Counted from the first letter of the stretch, positions 12,331 to 25,667 are shown. The stretch: DNA of 64,000 bases from Octopus bimaculoides (GCF_001194135.2 NC_068984.1:66453950-66517949), one strand, 5' to 3'. Made by a program: numbers and translations. The notes: a model not told the origin generated them from the letters alone.

Positions 12331-12374
12331 GGGTGTTGTTCCTCCTTCAGGAGCGACGAAGCCCTGGACATTGG

Positions 12375-12480
12375 ATACTTGAAAAACAGGTAAGGGTTGG
12401 CAACAGGATGAGCATCCAGCCATAAAATACTCTTGCAACTAAAACCCTGTTGAGCACATGCTAGTATGGAAAAATAGATG
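12375..12480 (+). mobile_element. RTE/SINE 3' tail fragment
   Basis: GGGTTGGCAACAGGATGAGCATCCAGCCATAAAA...CATGCTAGTATGGAAAAATAGATGTTAAATGA. Confidence 0.65.
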
Positions 12481-13147
12481 TTAAATGAACAAATGAATTT
12501 TGGTTTTCTACTCGTAATTTGCAATTAAGATTATACTCTGTATGATATTTAAGTTTGGTTCTTCACTATTTTGTGTTTAATTCTTCCCAGAGTTCACTCA
12601 CATTTCTTCTTTTGTCTTTCTTTCCTTGGTCGATAAATGTTGCTGGTGACTCAATCAGCTATACTTCATCAAAAGAAACCATTATGTATGTAATTAAATT
12701 TAATGACAAAATTTTAGTTCTCTACTAATTAGAGTTCAATTTTAACTTGTTGAAATGCAGTAGTAAAAAAAAAAGAAAAAAAGAGCTGAATGCTAACTCG
12801 AAATAAGAAAGCTATTTCTTCATCATCTGAAATTAATTTTGATTAATAAATAATGTTTATACATTTCTCTGCTCAATAAATCATTAGTCATGAATATTGA
12901 ATAGCTAACAATAAAAGTCCTAAAATATAGACTGCAAACTTATGTTGTCTGTTTTCCCTTTATAATTTAAGTTATTCTTTGAGGCAGAATATAACCTAAG
13001 TGCTATTTAAGAAATACTGTAATTCAATGATTTATATAAGCTTTGCAGTCAAAGACAGAAAGATTAAGTGGATGGGGAATTGAACTGTTTACACTTGGCT
13101 GGTGAGTTGTTTAATCTGATGTGCAAAGTGATTGGTGACAGGAAACA

Positions 13148-13530
13148 AATCATCATCATCATCATCATCATCGTCGTGGTCGTCATCATCGTCGTCGTCG
13201 TCATCATCATCATCAATATTTTAACGTCTGCTTTTCCATACTTGCATAGGTGGGACAGAATTTACTGAGGCAAATTTTCTATAGCTGGATGTCTTGCCTG
13301 GTGCCAACCATCACCTGATTCCAAGCAAGGTAATTTTTCCCCCATTGCCAGACATTTTCTCAGAATATTAGAAATAAATGACACTGCTTTATGACAGTGA
13401 CAAACATTTTAGAACTGTCATGTGATGTCAAGACAAGGAAACAGAGCCACACACACATACACACATTTCCACACATGTATTTGGGAAGCAAACTTCTTAC
13501 CGTGCAGCCATACCTGTGCCTATCCCCACC
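13148..13530 (-). mobile_element. SINE family A, RTE-tail variant, with (GAT)n tail
   Basis: Head at 13470-13530, middle CCTTGTCTTGACATCAC, RTE tail, (CAT/CGT)n on + strand. Confidence 0.75.
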
Positions 13531-13689
13531 TGCACCTGTTAACATCATAATTAATAACCAAGTATTGTAGATTTAATTGATGCTTATTTTATTACTCCAA
13601 AACAAATTTGACTCAGAACACAAAGAGACACTGTTAAATATTACAAAGCCTTTATATTTAATATTAGAATATAAAGGGATGTAACTAAA

Positions 13690-13940
13690 TACCACAGATT
13701 TGGAATGAGAGGTTTAGTCTATCGAATCAAACCAAGAATTTCACTGGTATTTCTATTTAGCCTTCAAATAACAAATTAGATATCTTGTAAATTGACTAGG
13801 TTTATCTTTAGCTGTAATCTTTAGATTTAAACATCAGAAGAAAAAAAGCAAAGAAGAAAAGTACAGTTGATCTTGGCACAGTTTAAAATTAGAATGTTAA
13901 GAGCTATGACCAAATATTAATGATTCTGCCAGTCCACAAT
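13690..13940 (-). mobile_element. SINE family D interrupted by the 71-bp local duplicate (13755-13825)
   Basis: Family D motifs on both sides of the insert (CACTGGTATTTCT; AGTTGATCTTGGC...TGATTCTGCCAG). Confidence 0.65.
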
Positions 13941-14861
13941 ATAAGAAAGAATGCCAATCAATCTCACATTATTTAGACATTTCTCAATGAACCAGTATTT
14001 CGGTAGTTAATAATATATTGAGTATTTTGTTTCTTTTCTTTGATTCTCATCTCTACTTTGGTATAATTTCAGTTCTTATTGAATATATTAATGGTATTAT
14101 GTTTATTAACTATAGAAGAACAAAAGACTCCATGCATCATAATGTCTAAAAATGAGACGCATGAATTTCTGGATCTGGTACTTTGCTTCTGAACTTTTCA
14201 CTTCTCCTGGAACAGGCATGAATATCTGTTCCAGGGGTATATATATTCCTGCGTCCAGCCACAGAAAGAAGAAAAGAGAGACGAAGTAGGAGTGAGAGAG
14301 AGAAGGAAAGAGAGAACTTTTATGTATTTCTTTTAATTGCATATAAAAGAGATAATTTCATATAAATGTCCCACGACCTCAAATCCCTCAAATCTTCTTC
14401 AAACAATATTGAAACCTTGCTGTTCATCTATTATTCATTCTTTCTTATTAACATAATGCATTAAGAGGAAGAAAGCCATCCCCATTGCATTCTATTTTTC
14501 TTACTTTTTTCTTGTGTGTGTATGTATGTGTTGGCATGAGTAAGATAAAGACAGGTGTGCAAAACTGCATTTTGCCAGACATAGCTTTTTGTCCTCTCAT
14601 CTATGAGATTTAGCATCCTGAAATCTGACATCACAGCTTGTTTCCCATGGCTTTCACAGCTCTTCCTCTGCTATGAATACTTTCTATTTTCAGTATACAG
14701 CTCTTTTTCATTCACAACTAATTGCCTATATTATATGATCATAGCAGTTCAGTTTCTTTTTGTTCCCTTATAGTCTGCTTTTCATAAAACATAACCTATT
14801 AGTTTAACCTTGTATTCTGTGAATATATTTTTCTGCAGCCAAGAATTGTGCACATAAATCT

Positions 14862-15440
14862 AGCAGACTGCCTGTGTGATTAAGAAGTTTACTGCACAGC
14901 CACGTGGTTTTCAGTGCAGTCTCACTGTATGGTGCCTTGGGCAAGTGTTTTCTACTGTAGCCTCAGGTCAACCACTGCCTTGTGAGTAAATTTGATAGGT
15001 GGAAACTGTATGAAAGCCTATCCTATATGTGTGTGTGTGTATGCACATGAGGAGGTGCTGAAAAGTTCCTGGCTTTGCGTAAAAGAAAATACAGGAGGAT
15101 CAGTTAATTATGATTTTATTAAATGTATCCCCCTCTCAAATTCACACACGTACTGCAGTGGGCCTTCAGTTTTATTAAGCCCTGTAAAAGGACTTGGAAG
15201 GTTAGGCCACTAGTCAGGCCTTTCGCAATACCCTTAAAACCAGGAACTTTCAGCACTCCATCATATATGTATGTGTGTGTGCCTTTGTGTTTGTTCCCAT
15301 TACTGCTTAACAACTGGTGTTGGTTTGTTTACATGCTAGTAACTTAGCAGTTTTGCAAAAGAAACCAATAGAATAAGTACTTCATTTTCAGTACTGGGCG
15401 CTCCACAATGGCTGCACTCTAATGACTGAAATAAGTGAAA
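14862..15440 (+). mobile_element. SINE family A (TAAAAGA-type tail) split by a mariner MITE
   Basis: Head to microsatellite at 14862-15045; body and TGACTGAAATAAGT tail at 15266-15440. Confidence 0.8.
15048..15263. mobile_element. Tc1/mariner-type MITE
   Basis: ~28-bp TIRs TGAGGAGGTGCTGAAAAGTTCCTGGCTTT / AAAACCAGGAACTTTCAGCACTCCATCA; TA on the right, CA (mutated TA) on the left. Confidence 0.85.
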
Positions 15441-16051
15441 AAAATTATAGTTTATTAAAAATATAACTTATATCCTATTCTAATGAGATCATAATTAGAC
15501 TGAAACATTTCTAGCGGAAGAATTTTCTGTACTTAGAAAAAGTAAACATGAAAATTATATTATCATTATTGACTATCCATGGTGGTGCTTGAGCATGAAC
15601 ACAGCTGCATGGTTCAAATGAATTAAAAAAAAGATTTAAAAAATGATGTTGGTTAGCCCCAGACCCCACATCTTACACAACTCACCCTATCACCTTTTTA
15701 ACTCAATCCTTCTCTTTTGTTCAAACCTGTCACTAATCTCTTCCTTCTCTCCTGTTCCCTGCTGCACTTCCCCATCCTCCCTTCTTACTGATCATCCCTC
15801 ATCCAGGATCATTGCCCACTCTCTTCTATTCTGCCTGAGTTATAGGAGTCACTTAAAAACCTTACAAATTATGCGATCATCATTAGAGCTGGTGCCATTA
15901 AAAAAGTCCCTAGTACATTCTATAAAGTGGTTAGCATTAAGAAGGGCATCTTACTATTAAAACCATGCCCAAGTAGAAACTGGTACATGTTGCAGACCAC
16001 TGTCCAGTTAGACACTGTCAAACCATCCAACACATGCCAGCATGGCATTAC

Positions 16052-16222
16052 CAATAAAGATTGCCACAATTGGCCTAGACACCTACCTGAAAAACTCTGA
16101 GGACTGGATGTTAAAATTTGTCTCAAAATATGGAAACAAGAAAGCATCATACTCAGTAACAAAACAGGCAAAGGAATATCTAAGTGAATTCCAAATATCA
16201 CAAATTTCGGAGACCAGACATT
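16052..16222 (+). mobile_element. R4/Dong-clade non-LTR retrotransposon ORF fragment
   Basis: IKIATIGLDTYLKNSEDWMLKFVSKYGNKKASYSVTKQAKEYLSEFQI resembles the post-RT region of R4/Dong ORFs; truncated by the MITE at 16225. Confidence 0.6.
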
Positions 16223-16224
16223 TA

Positions 16225-16446
16225 CCCTTTTGTTACTATATTTCTGTTGAGATGCTCTGTGTTTCTTTCAGTTAATTTTAATTATAACAAAGAATTTAAT
16301 GAAATAACTTAGTTATCATTAAGCAAGTGTTTGGAACATAAATTGTGATTAAGGTTTGGAGGAAGATTTTAATTCAGAACTTTTGAAAACAAGACATTGG
16401 CACTACAGAACCAGAAGCAGTTTCAGATGAGTTAATATCAAAAGGG
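16225..16446. mobile_element. piggyBac-like MITE (same family as 4782-5010, opposite orientation)
   Basis: TTTA|CCCTTTTG...CAAAAGGG|TTAA. Confidence 0.75.
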
Positions 16447-17934
16447 TTAAATGATGGTGATTATATGTTATTTTACTCTTAACTTCATAATTATTTTTAT
16501 TTTAATATTTCCTGCATAAATGTATTAACATGGACTTAATTTGTTTTTGTGTGCTGGATTTAAGTAGCAGATGTATATCAATAAAGAAAAAAACAATTGA
16601 TCTTAATAATAATATAAGTTTATAATCCTCCATACTCATACATTTTACTGGAGCTTATAACATATTTTTAATGAAAACTTATCAATAGAAAATAAATTGA
16701 GCAAACATTTAGAAAATAACGTTTATAAACAATCAGTTGTAGATAATGTAGTTGATAGTGTCACATGAAAATCTTTTAAACTTAGATCAACTCTATTTGA
16801 ACTAACCAGTGATAAAGCGTCTTCCAACAATGATAAGCCTGTTTTTTTCTTTTACTTTTTAGATCTAAATAATGTCTACATGATTATTTTATCCATTGTT
16901 TCCTTCTATTTTTGAGGTCGCAAAGTGTGGTTTGGAGGTGATTTGGCTGCTATTTCTAGCAGATTGAGTGAATCATGTAGAAAATCTCTCAGTATCTGCT
17001 GCTGTTCTATTACTGTCCATTGTGCACTATCTAACTCGGGGTGGGTGGGAAGGAATACTTAATTTTCATTTGTCCAGTTTACCTAGCATTATATCATAAG
17101 TTTGTGTAATTTTACGATATTAGCTTTGAGAAAAATATATCATCTAAATATAGTGTGTAGATAGGGTTATAATCCAGGCTGTGTCTTTGTGAAGCAAATC
17201 TGCATCCAATACACCTAAATTGTATGTAGATATTATAATTGTGTCAGGCATGCATAGGAATTGAAAAATACTAGAAATAGTTTTTGCCATGTAATTACAT
17301 ATGAAAGCAGGACAAAAAATTTTTTCAATGTCCTGTTTTGATATATAATTGAAATATATATGTGGTGTGCTTATTGATAAGCTTTTAGGTGTCATTGTTT
17401 AGCATCAATCTCATGGAGTTGAGTTGATGGTTGTTAAATGACTACAGGAATAGGAAGCCAATCATTGGTTAAAAATTATGTGTAAACTGGCTTTATAAAG
17501 GAATGTGTTCTACTTTCTCCCAAAACAATGAAAAATTTTGGAATAGTTGGATTGGAACTCACAGTCATTTAGTAAGTAGTTGAAAAACTGTACCATTTTT
17601 CTTCTGATATATGTAATCATTATCATTCCTTTCATTATTCAACATTTGTTTTCCATACCGGCAATGGTTGTATACATTGACATGATCTGGCAAGCCACAG
17701 GGCTGCATTGAGCTCCAGTATCGGCTTTTGCATGGTTTCCATGGCTGGATATGGCTTTCCTCTGTGTGTAAGTGTGTGTGTGTACATGTATATAAGTAGA
17801 CACATTCATGTATACAGATACAAGGTGATAGTGTTGTATACATATCGGTTGATTCAAAAGACCCTTTAGCATTTTAATACTGTTTATCATATACATGATA
17901 AAGGGACTTCTGAATCACTGTGTGTGTATTGATA

Positions 17935-18115
17935 TATTGGCAGGGTAGTGAATTGGCAGAATCAACAGAATTATTAAAGTGTCAGATAAAATGCTCTGCG
18001 TTAGTTTCATTTGTTTTTGTTCTGGTTTAAAACCCTGCCAAGGTCAACTTTGCTTTTCATCCTTCCAGGATTGACAAAATACCAAACAAGCAGGAGATCA
18101 ATTTCATTGACTGCT
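17935..18115 (+). mobile_element. SINE family D
   Basis: TGAATTGGCAGAATC...CCAAGGTCAACTTTGCTTTTCATCC. Confidence 0.7.
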
Positions 18116-18467
18116 GACTTCTACCAATAACATGATACAGTTGAGCACAAATCCCAGCTCAATCACTGAGCTTGAACAAGTGAATGAAGCAACACACTTG
18201 ATAGGATACACTGCTGTCACATTAATATTAGATATCTGTAACACATTGCATTGCTACCAACTTAATACAACATGACACAATACAGCACAACACACATATG
18301 CATCATTCTTCCAAACATACACATATTTTCTCTCTCTAAAAGTGGACCCCACTACAAAGAAATAAAATACAAAGGAAGAAAGAGAGTATTCATATTGATG
18401 TACATTTATTTAGGGTTGTTTGTGTGTCCATATATATCTATATATATATATATATATAACTGGCATT

Positions 18468-18795
18468 CTCAGTGTTTAGAGCATTGAGCTTACGATCATG
18501 AGGTTGTGAGTTCGAATCCTAGACTGGGCTGCATGTTGTATTCTTGAGCAAGACACTTTATTTCACGTTGCTCCAGTTCACTCAGCTGTAGAAATGAGTT
18601 GCGACATCACAGGTGCCAAGCTGTATCAGCCTTTGCCTTTCCCTTGGATAACACTGGTGGCATGGAGAGGGGAGGCCGGTATGCATGGGCAATTGCTGTT
18701 CTTCCATAAACATACATACTTTGCCCAGACTTGTGCCTGAGAGGTTAACTTTCTAGGTGCAATCCCATGATCAGTAATGACCGAAGGGGGTCTCA
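18468..18795 (+). mobile_element. tRNA-headed SINE family B
   Basis: A/B boxes (TAGAGCA; GAGTTCGAATCC) followed by TTGAGCAAGACACTTTATTTCACGTTGCTCCAG central domain. Confidence 0.8.
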
Positions 18796-18799
18796 GCAA

Positions 18800-18998
18800 C
18801 TGGCATTCTGTTGCTTATGATGGTGAGGGTTCCAGTTGATCCGATAGATGCAACAGCCTGCTTGTGAAATTGACATGCATGTGGCTGAGCACTCCACATA
18901 CACGTGTCCCCTTAAAATAGTTCTCAGAGGGATTCAGTGTGACACAGATTGTGACAAGGCTGGCCCTTTGAAATACAGGTACTACTAATTTTTACCAG

Positions 18999-19002
<4 letters not shown>
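18800..19002 (-). mobile_element. SINE family C, 3' part
   Basis: Reverse complement of 61090-61285. Confidence 0.8.
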
Positions 19003-19036
<34 letters not shown>

Positions 19037-19817
19037 GGATGCAGGAAAGCAGTTTGCTTCAAAACCACGAGGTCCCAGTTTTGGTGATACTACTTGGTAA
19101 CTTGGGCATGTGTCATCAACATAACATCAAGTCAACATAAATGCACTTTGCTAAAGAAATTGCTTTCATTCACAAACACTCTTATGGCCTGTTTGTGTTG
19201 CATGTATCTAACTTTGAATATCTCATTTTTTTTTACCCAATATAGTTTTGTCAGTTTGTTCCTCTTGCATTATTGTTACGATATACATCATTTCTTTTCT
19301 TAAATATTGATCATGGTTGTGACCCATTAATTTTTAGCTGTGAGTCAAGTATTTCTAAATTTACAGCTATATGTAGCTTGGATGGCATGGTGTGTGTTTC
19401 TTTTGCAGCTGTTATTGGTTTTGCTTAATAGTTTTATCTATGGCTGATTGGGAAGTATTTAGTAATCAATTTTGAGAAGTTTTTATTTTTTTTTTTTTTT
19501 TTGCTACATTTGTCACTATGTTTAGTTTGAAGAGTAGGTTGATTCTGATGACATTTCTTTTTCTAATTCTGTTTGGCCAACGATTTGTTTGCGTGACTTT
19601 TAGTATGTATTCTAATTTTTTTTTTTTCATAATCCCATTTGCTTATAAGGTCTTTGTTGTAGTTATGGTGCTACTTGATAGAGCAGATTTTTTTTTTTTT
19701 GTTAGGAGATATAATGACTTGCATCTTTATTACAGAATGTGGTTGATTAGAATATTTGCTTATATATATAGTGGCGCTTTGTTCAGTTTTCTATAAGAGT
19801 AGTGTTTTCCTGTAGTT

Positions 19818-20456
19818 CAGTGTTTCTCAAACTTTTTACCCTTGCGTAACCCCAAAAATAAATTACATGTCTCAAGAAAACCCTGCACAAAAAAAAAAGT
19901 ATAGACATTAACTTTCTCATATTTTATCATCGTAGTCCATGTAGTAAATTTCATATATATATAATAGACTCTCTTGTTGTTAGACAATGTATGAGAGTTT
20001 GAGAATGTCTTACCGAACAACCACACAGATGATTTGTTTATAGTGATCAAATGTTTGTGTAGACATAAGCTTACTCTTGCCATCAAATCAACATTACCTG
20101 TACAGGTGCAACTGGGTGCCACATGTCAGATGTCAAAATGATTGCAGGGCAATGTGAAATGAAGTGCTTTGCTCAAGAACAGAACACAATCCCTGGTCTG
20201 GGAATTGAACCCACAATCTTGCAATTGTGAGTGCAACACTCTAACCACTAAGCCATGTTATATTTTTTTTGATAACATAATAGGTTAGATAGGATGATGT
20301 CTATATTACAATATTACAATAACCAATAATATGTTGTCCATGTGTAGTAATATTACGATCATGAAATTAGCTTTAGCTTATCTCACTTTCTCATGGAACC
20401 CCTAGGAATCTTTGTGGAACCCTAGGGTTCCAGGAAACCCTAGTTGAGAAATGCTG
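19818..20456. mobile_element. hAT (Charlie-like) non-autonomous element with a nested SINE
   Basis: TIRs CAGTGTTTCTCAA / TTGAGAAATGCTG (11/13); 8-bp TSD CTGTAGTT / CAGTAGAT (6/8). Confidence 0.85.
19985..20258 (-). mobile_element. tRNA-headed SINE family F nested in the hAT element
   Basis: GGCTTAGTGGTTAGAGTG...GGTTCAATTCCC...TTGAGCAAAGCACTTC; homolog at 33960-34135. Confidence 0.75.
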
Positions 20457-21144
20457 CAGTAGATAAGTTTAGTGTCATGTCTATCAAATTTACTATGTGT
20501 AGGTTGTTTTGTTTGGTTATCTTGAAGGTTAACTTTTACATGATATTGTTTTCTCCTTCATGTATGTTATTTATTTATGTCCATCCATCACTTGGAAGAT
20601 GTACATATACACACAAAGATTTATACATATGTGTGTATGTGTATGTGTGTGTATGTGTATGTGTGTGTATGTATACACACAAAAACACTCACATGTATAT
20701 ATAGATAAAATTACATAATTATATATTTATATATAATTACATATGTGTGTGTGTGTATGTATGCATGTATGTATGTATGTGTGTGTGTGTATGGCTATAT
20801 GCATATATTTATTTTGTGTATATCATCTTCATCATCTGTTTTTCTCTGTTGGCACATGCCTTGAATGGATAATGTATAATTATGCATATTTATGTATATG
20901 TATATATGCATATACACATAGATATGCAGTCATGCACATACATATATTTGTAGGAAAGAGAAGGCAATTTGAGAAAGTGTTTCTTGCTGTGCAATTATTC
21001 AGATTTAATGTTTACATTAGATAGAAGATGCTTATACCTCCCTGGATTTGAATTGGAGAGAAAACGGACTCAAATGGAATTGAAATAAAAAATGTACCTA
21101 AAAAAAAAACAATGAACCACAAAACTTTAAAATAAATCTCCAAC

Positions 21145-21192
<48 letters not shown>

Positions 21193-21499
21193 GTGTGTGT
21201 GTGTNNNNNNNNNNGTTATTAATTCAATATTAGAGAAATTTTTAACAGTATATATGTATATTGAGAGAGAGAGAGAGAGAGAGAGAGTTAGCACCTTCTA
21301 ACTCTATTGTCTTCTGGCAGATAAAAGAATAAACAAAAAGTTTGCATTACCTAACTGCAGTTGAAATAAAGGCCTAGGGGGAATAAACAGAAAATATTGC
21401 TGCCAGGAAGGTGGCATAAGCTAATCCAGTAAGTAGTGAGGTGATGGTATGGTGGTGGTGGTAGAAATAGAAGCAGCAGCAGCACCAATAATAATAATC

Positions 21500-21712
21500 T
21501 TTTCTACAATAGGTACAATATCTGAAATTTGGGGGAGGGGACTAGTCGATCACATCGACCCCAGCATTTCACTGGTACTTATTTCATCGACTCCGAAAGG
21601 ATGTTAGACAAAGTCAACCCTGGCAGGATTTGAACTCAGAATTTAGTGATGGGTGAAATACTGCTAGGCATTTTGTCCAGTGTGTTAACGATTCTGCCAG
21701 TTCGACACCTTA
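21500..21712 (-). mobile_element. SINE family D
   Basis: Full-length family D motifs; retains several CpGs. Confidence 0.85.
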
Positions 21713-21768
21713 GCAATTATAATACTAATAATGATAGTAATCATAATAATGATGATAATAATAATAAT

Positions 21769-22397
21769 CATATTGTCTCTGGCTAAGAAGGAATACATTC
21801 ACAGACACGACAGAGTTGAGACCTATATACACTGGAAGCTATACCAACACTATAGAATAACTACAGGAAAAAGATGGTATAGGCACACCCCAGAAAAGGT
21901 CACAGAAAATGTGAAAGCAATCATATTATGGGATATGCCAATTACCATAGATAGAGAAATTAAGGCCAATAGGCTAGCTATTGCTGTCAGAGATCACCAA
22001 GAAAAACATGCTTTCTAATCAATGTATCAATGCGAACAGATGACAATGTTTCTCTAAAAGAAATGGAGAAACTTTCGAAATACAAAGATTTGGAAACAGA
22101 GGTAAGTTAAATATGGAGCTAAAAACAGAAACAATTCCTATTATAGTAGGTGCCTTAGGTATGATAAAAAATCATTCAGAAAATACATAACAAAAACATC
22201 AGGACTTACAAGTATATATAACATACAGAAAATAGCACTACTAGGCACCGCACACATCCTATATAAAACACTTTCAATACGGTGAAAATAAGAGCACCAC
22301 AACAAACCACAGCACATACCAAAGGCATACAGAGCTGCACTCAGTAGTGCAGTGAAAGTACATGATAAAAATAAGACCACTGAATAATAATAATAAT
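21769..22397 (+). mobile_element. R4/Dong-clade retrotransposon 3' end (restriction-like endonuclease) embedded in (TAA)n
   Basis: LAKKEYIHRHDRV...IHWKL...ILWDMPI...IKANR(LA)I...CFLINVS...DDNVSLKEMEKLSKYKDL...IPIIVGALG; (TAA)n on both sides. Confidence 0.92.
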
Positions 22398-22774
22398 ATT
22401 TGGTTGTTCCCGTAATTTGTAATTACATCATTAGTGAGGTGTTTTTTTGAAAGCAACCAGTTGTGTTGTGGTTCAAGAAAACAATTGGATTGGTTTGCAT
22501 TGGATTGGTTTTATCTGAATTGTTGCTTTCTCTATGTACTGAACAGGACTTGAACTTTGTGCTACTGTAAGCTAATGAAAGTACCCACTCTGAATTAGTG
22601 GAACTTGGATTTTGGTAGCAAAATGCCTTAGACACAAATAGAATGGAGGGTAGTGTCAGAATAGAAACCACCATCTTTCTCTTCTTGTTGGCTGCTTTTC
22701 ATTGTTACTGTTTTGCTGTTTGGCTGAATGTAGACCTAAAGGCATAGCTTAGCTTTGATACAAAAAGTCTATGG

Positions 22775-22945
22775 TATTTAGTTACATCTGTTTATGTTCT
22801 ACATTCAAATCCTGATCTGGTTGACTTCTGTTTTTTTTCTTTCTGGGGTTGATAGAAACATTGCCAATTTAGTACTGAAAGATCTGGTGTGATCTAGTAT
22901 ACACTTACCCCACCACCCAAAATTGTGGCCCAGTGTCTAAGAAAT
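22775..22945 (+). mobile_element. SINE family D, decayed
   Basis: TTATGTTCTACATTCAAATCC...GGGGTTGATAG...AGTAC...GTGGCCCAGTG. Confidence 0.55.
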
Positions 22946-22987
22946 CACTGTTACCTGATAGTAGAGCAGGTAAACGAAGAGGGACAG

Positions 22988-23028
<41 letters not shown>

Positions 23029-23334
23029 CAGGGGCTCATGAAAAAATATGCTTGTCTCATACAAAAAACTAAATGTAATTAAATGTTTCTTGAGCTCTGA
23101 TGAGTCCTAGAAAGCTCTTTACATAATGTTGAAAGCTGGCTCCATAATGTAAAGTAAATGTAGTGTAAATCTCTTTAAGTAGAACAACTTGTCTGTCATA
23201 AATGCATTTCATGTTCAAAACTGAAGCAATGTAAAACAAAGTGCCCTGTACCCTGCTGTGAGTTCGAACTCACAATATAGGAGTCCACAGTCTCATATCT
23301 ATTTTTAACTTCTACAATAGAATATACTGGTTTC

Positions 23335-23515
23335 TAAAATTGGTACAAGGTCACAATTTTGTTGGAAGGGTATAATCAATTGCTTTCTGTATTTTATCTG
23401 TTCAACATCATGTTGATGAAAGGTAAAGTCTATCTCAGCAGGATTTGAGCTTAAAATATAAAGAGGTGTAACTAAATGTGGTAATGCATTTTAGTCAATT
23501 GCTCTGACAAATGCT
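23335..23515 (-). mobile_element. SINE family D, decayed
   Basis: GGTACAAGGTCACAATTT...GAAAGGTAAAGTCTATCTCAGCAGGATTTGAGCT. Confidence 0.6.
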
Positions 23516-25594
23516 TGCGAGAACATATTGACAGTAAATCAACCTGTTAGAGTATGGTCTTCACTATGGAGATAAATTCCTCTCACAGAGGCATAGAAGA
23601 AATTGAAGTAATGTTATTGCCTAAAAACTATATTAATGATTGACATGACCTATTTTGGCATTCCACCAGATTTTGTTAGTGATTAGATTAAAAATCAGAC
23701 AAACTATTGTGGTTGAAAGAGTGTTTTTTATTTTTGCTCTGGATTTGGCATGTCTGTATCACTTCTCATATATCTTTGCAGCTACAACAGCCTTTTCTGA
23801 TAAATACTTTCTGTTGTTTACTCTGTCATACCTACTCCTTATCAGTTGACTGTTCTGAACTACTCTAAATATATTTATAAACAAATTTGCCATATATTCC
23901 TATTAGACCTCTTCTTCAAAATCCACACAGTCAAAGTTATCATTCATGTACTAGAATCAATTCAGGCAACTCTGTCTCTCCCTGACAAATTCGCAGCTTT
24001 GTGCCAATTCTAAGAAAATAATCAGAATTATTTTGTTATTGACAGTGTTGGTAGAGAAGCAGACAAGATATTTCTGCTTTGATTAAACCAGTTCTTTTGC
24101 ATTCTGAGGATCAGTTTTTGACTATCTTTCTTGTGGCATAGATAAAATAATTATTTGTCAAGTACCAGGATCAATCTAATTGGTTACAGACAGCTTTAAG
24201 TTTCATGGCCCTATACGTATGTTATTTTGTGTCAATAGATATAATTGATTCTGTAAGTAATTAAATTTATGGGACAAACCTTTTCCCTTGGACAGGATCC
24301 ATTCAACCAAAGAAAGCTTACCGCATGAAAAGTCAAGCACTCAGCACACATAAGCTCATGAAAGCTCTTGACAATTTTTGAAAATACTGACATTGTTTAT
24401 AGTTGTTAAGATAACACCTTGTGGTTTCTGCTTACAGCTATGTTGTATAGCCATTATACTGCAGTAGAAGTAATAAACTGTTGGCCCTCTTTTTACTGGC
24501 TATTGAATACTCTACTGTTGGCCGTCTGCAGCTCTTGGTTATGGATAAATAAACAAAGTTTGTACATTTTTGCAACATTTGATAGTTTTGTACATATTTT
24601 TTACTTCATCTTAAGTCCACTATATCATGCTATTAGATTTCAGGAATATTTTTAACATATAAGGCAGGGCATAATATTATAGGCATGATGCTTTGAGTAA
24701 TTCAATTCCTTTCTGTTTATTTTTATTTAATACTTGTAGGTAATTTTTTCTGATTGGCCAAATTGATAGGTTGCTAAACTATTGGTTAACAGATTATATG
24801 GAATTATATGACATGGAGGAAAGTAACTTATTAGGAACAATGTAAACCGAATAAGCATTTAAGTGAATGAACCTGAAATTGTAGTACCTCCATAGCAGTT
24901 AAAACAAAGTGAAACAATTGATTCTATTTATCCTGCTTAGGCACGATATTATATTGATGTCTGTAAACTGTTAACACATTTAGAAAAAAATTTCTGTTGA
25001 TAAATAAATTCATTCTTTCTTTATTGCTAACAAATCACTCGTGTCAAATAACAATATGATACCTATTTTTCAACCAGGTAAATTGAGTTAAATTATATGT
25101 ATTATCTATTTATTTGAGACTATCAAGCTGTTGGAAGAAGCAAAATTAGGATTCAGAATGTTTGATCGAAAATAAAATAAATTCTAAATGGCATTTTGTT
25201 TATGGAAAGTGTAGGTCTCATTCACTGGTTTTAAACATCAGCAACTGGGACACCTAATAATCATTTTTTTCATTTAATGTTTATAAGTTTATGTCACTCA
25301 ATAATTCACCAGATATATTCAGTCATCAACTTGATGCTAACTATCATATCGTTACTACCCATTGTCGCAAGAACTAGTCGTTAATATTTAATCACATCTT
25401 ACTGTCATGACAACTAAATGTAAGAGTCTCCATTTTTAATGATGAGCTGTAATAAATTTCCCATCATAAACTTTGTTCAGTAAATGAAAGCATAGTTGCT
25501 ACTATTCTCTCCCTACTCACACTCTGCTAGTGTATCTCATTATAACATATTTGAGATCATTTGCAGAGAGTGAAAATATTACTTAATAATGTCC

Positions 25595-25601
25595 TTCCTC
25601 T

Positions 25602-25667
<66 letters not shown>
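25595..25667. repeat. (CT)n microsatellite
   Basis: Direct inspection. Confidence 0.97.

Noticed and set aside
23091-23118. CTGATGA...GAAA motif (GAGCTCTGATGAGTCCTAGAAAGCTC)
   Set aside because: No stem II, stem III or cleavage triplet; not a hammerhead. Similar failures at 8654, 43453 and 47975.
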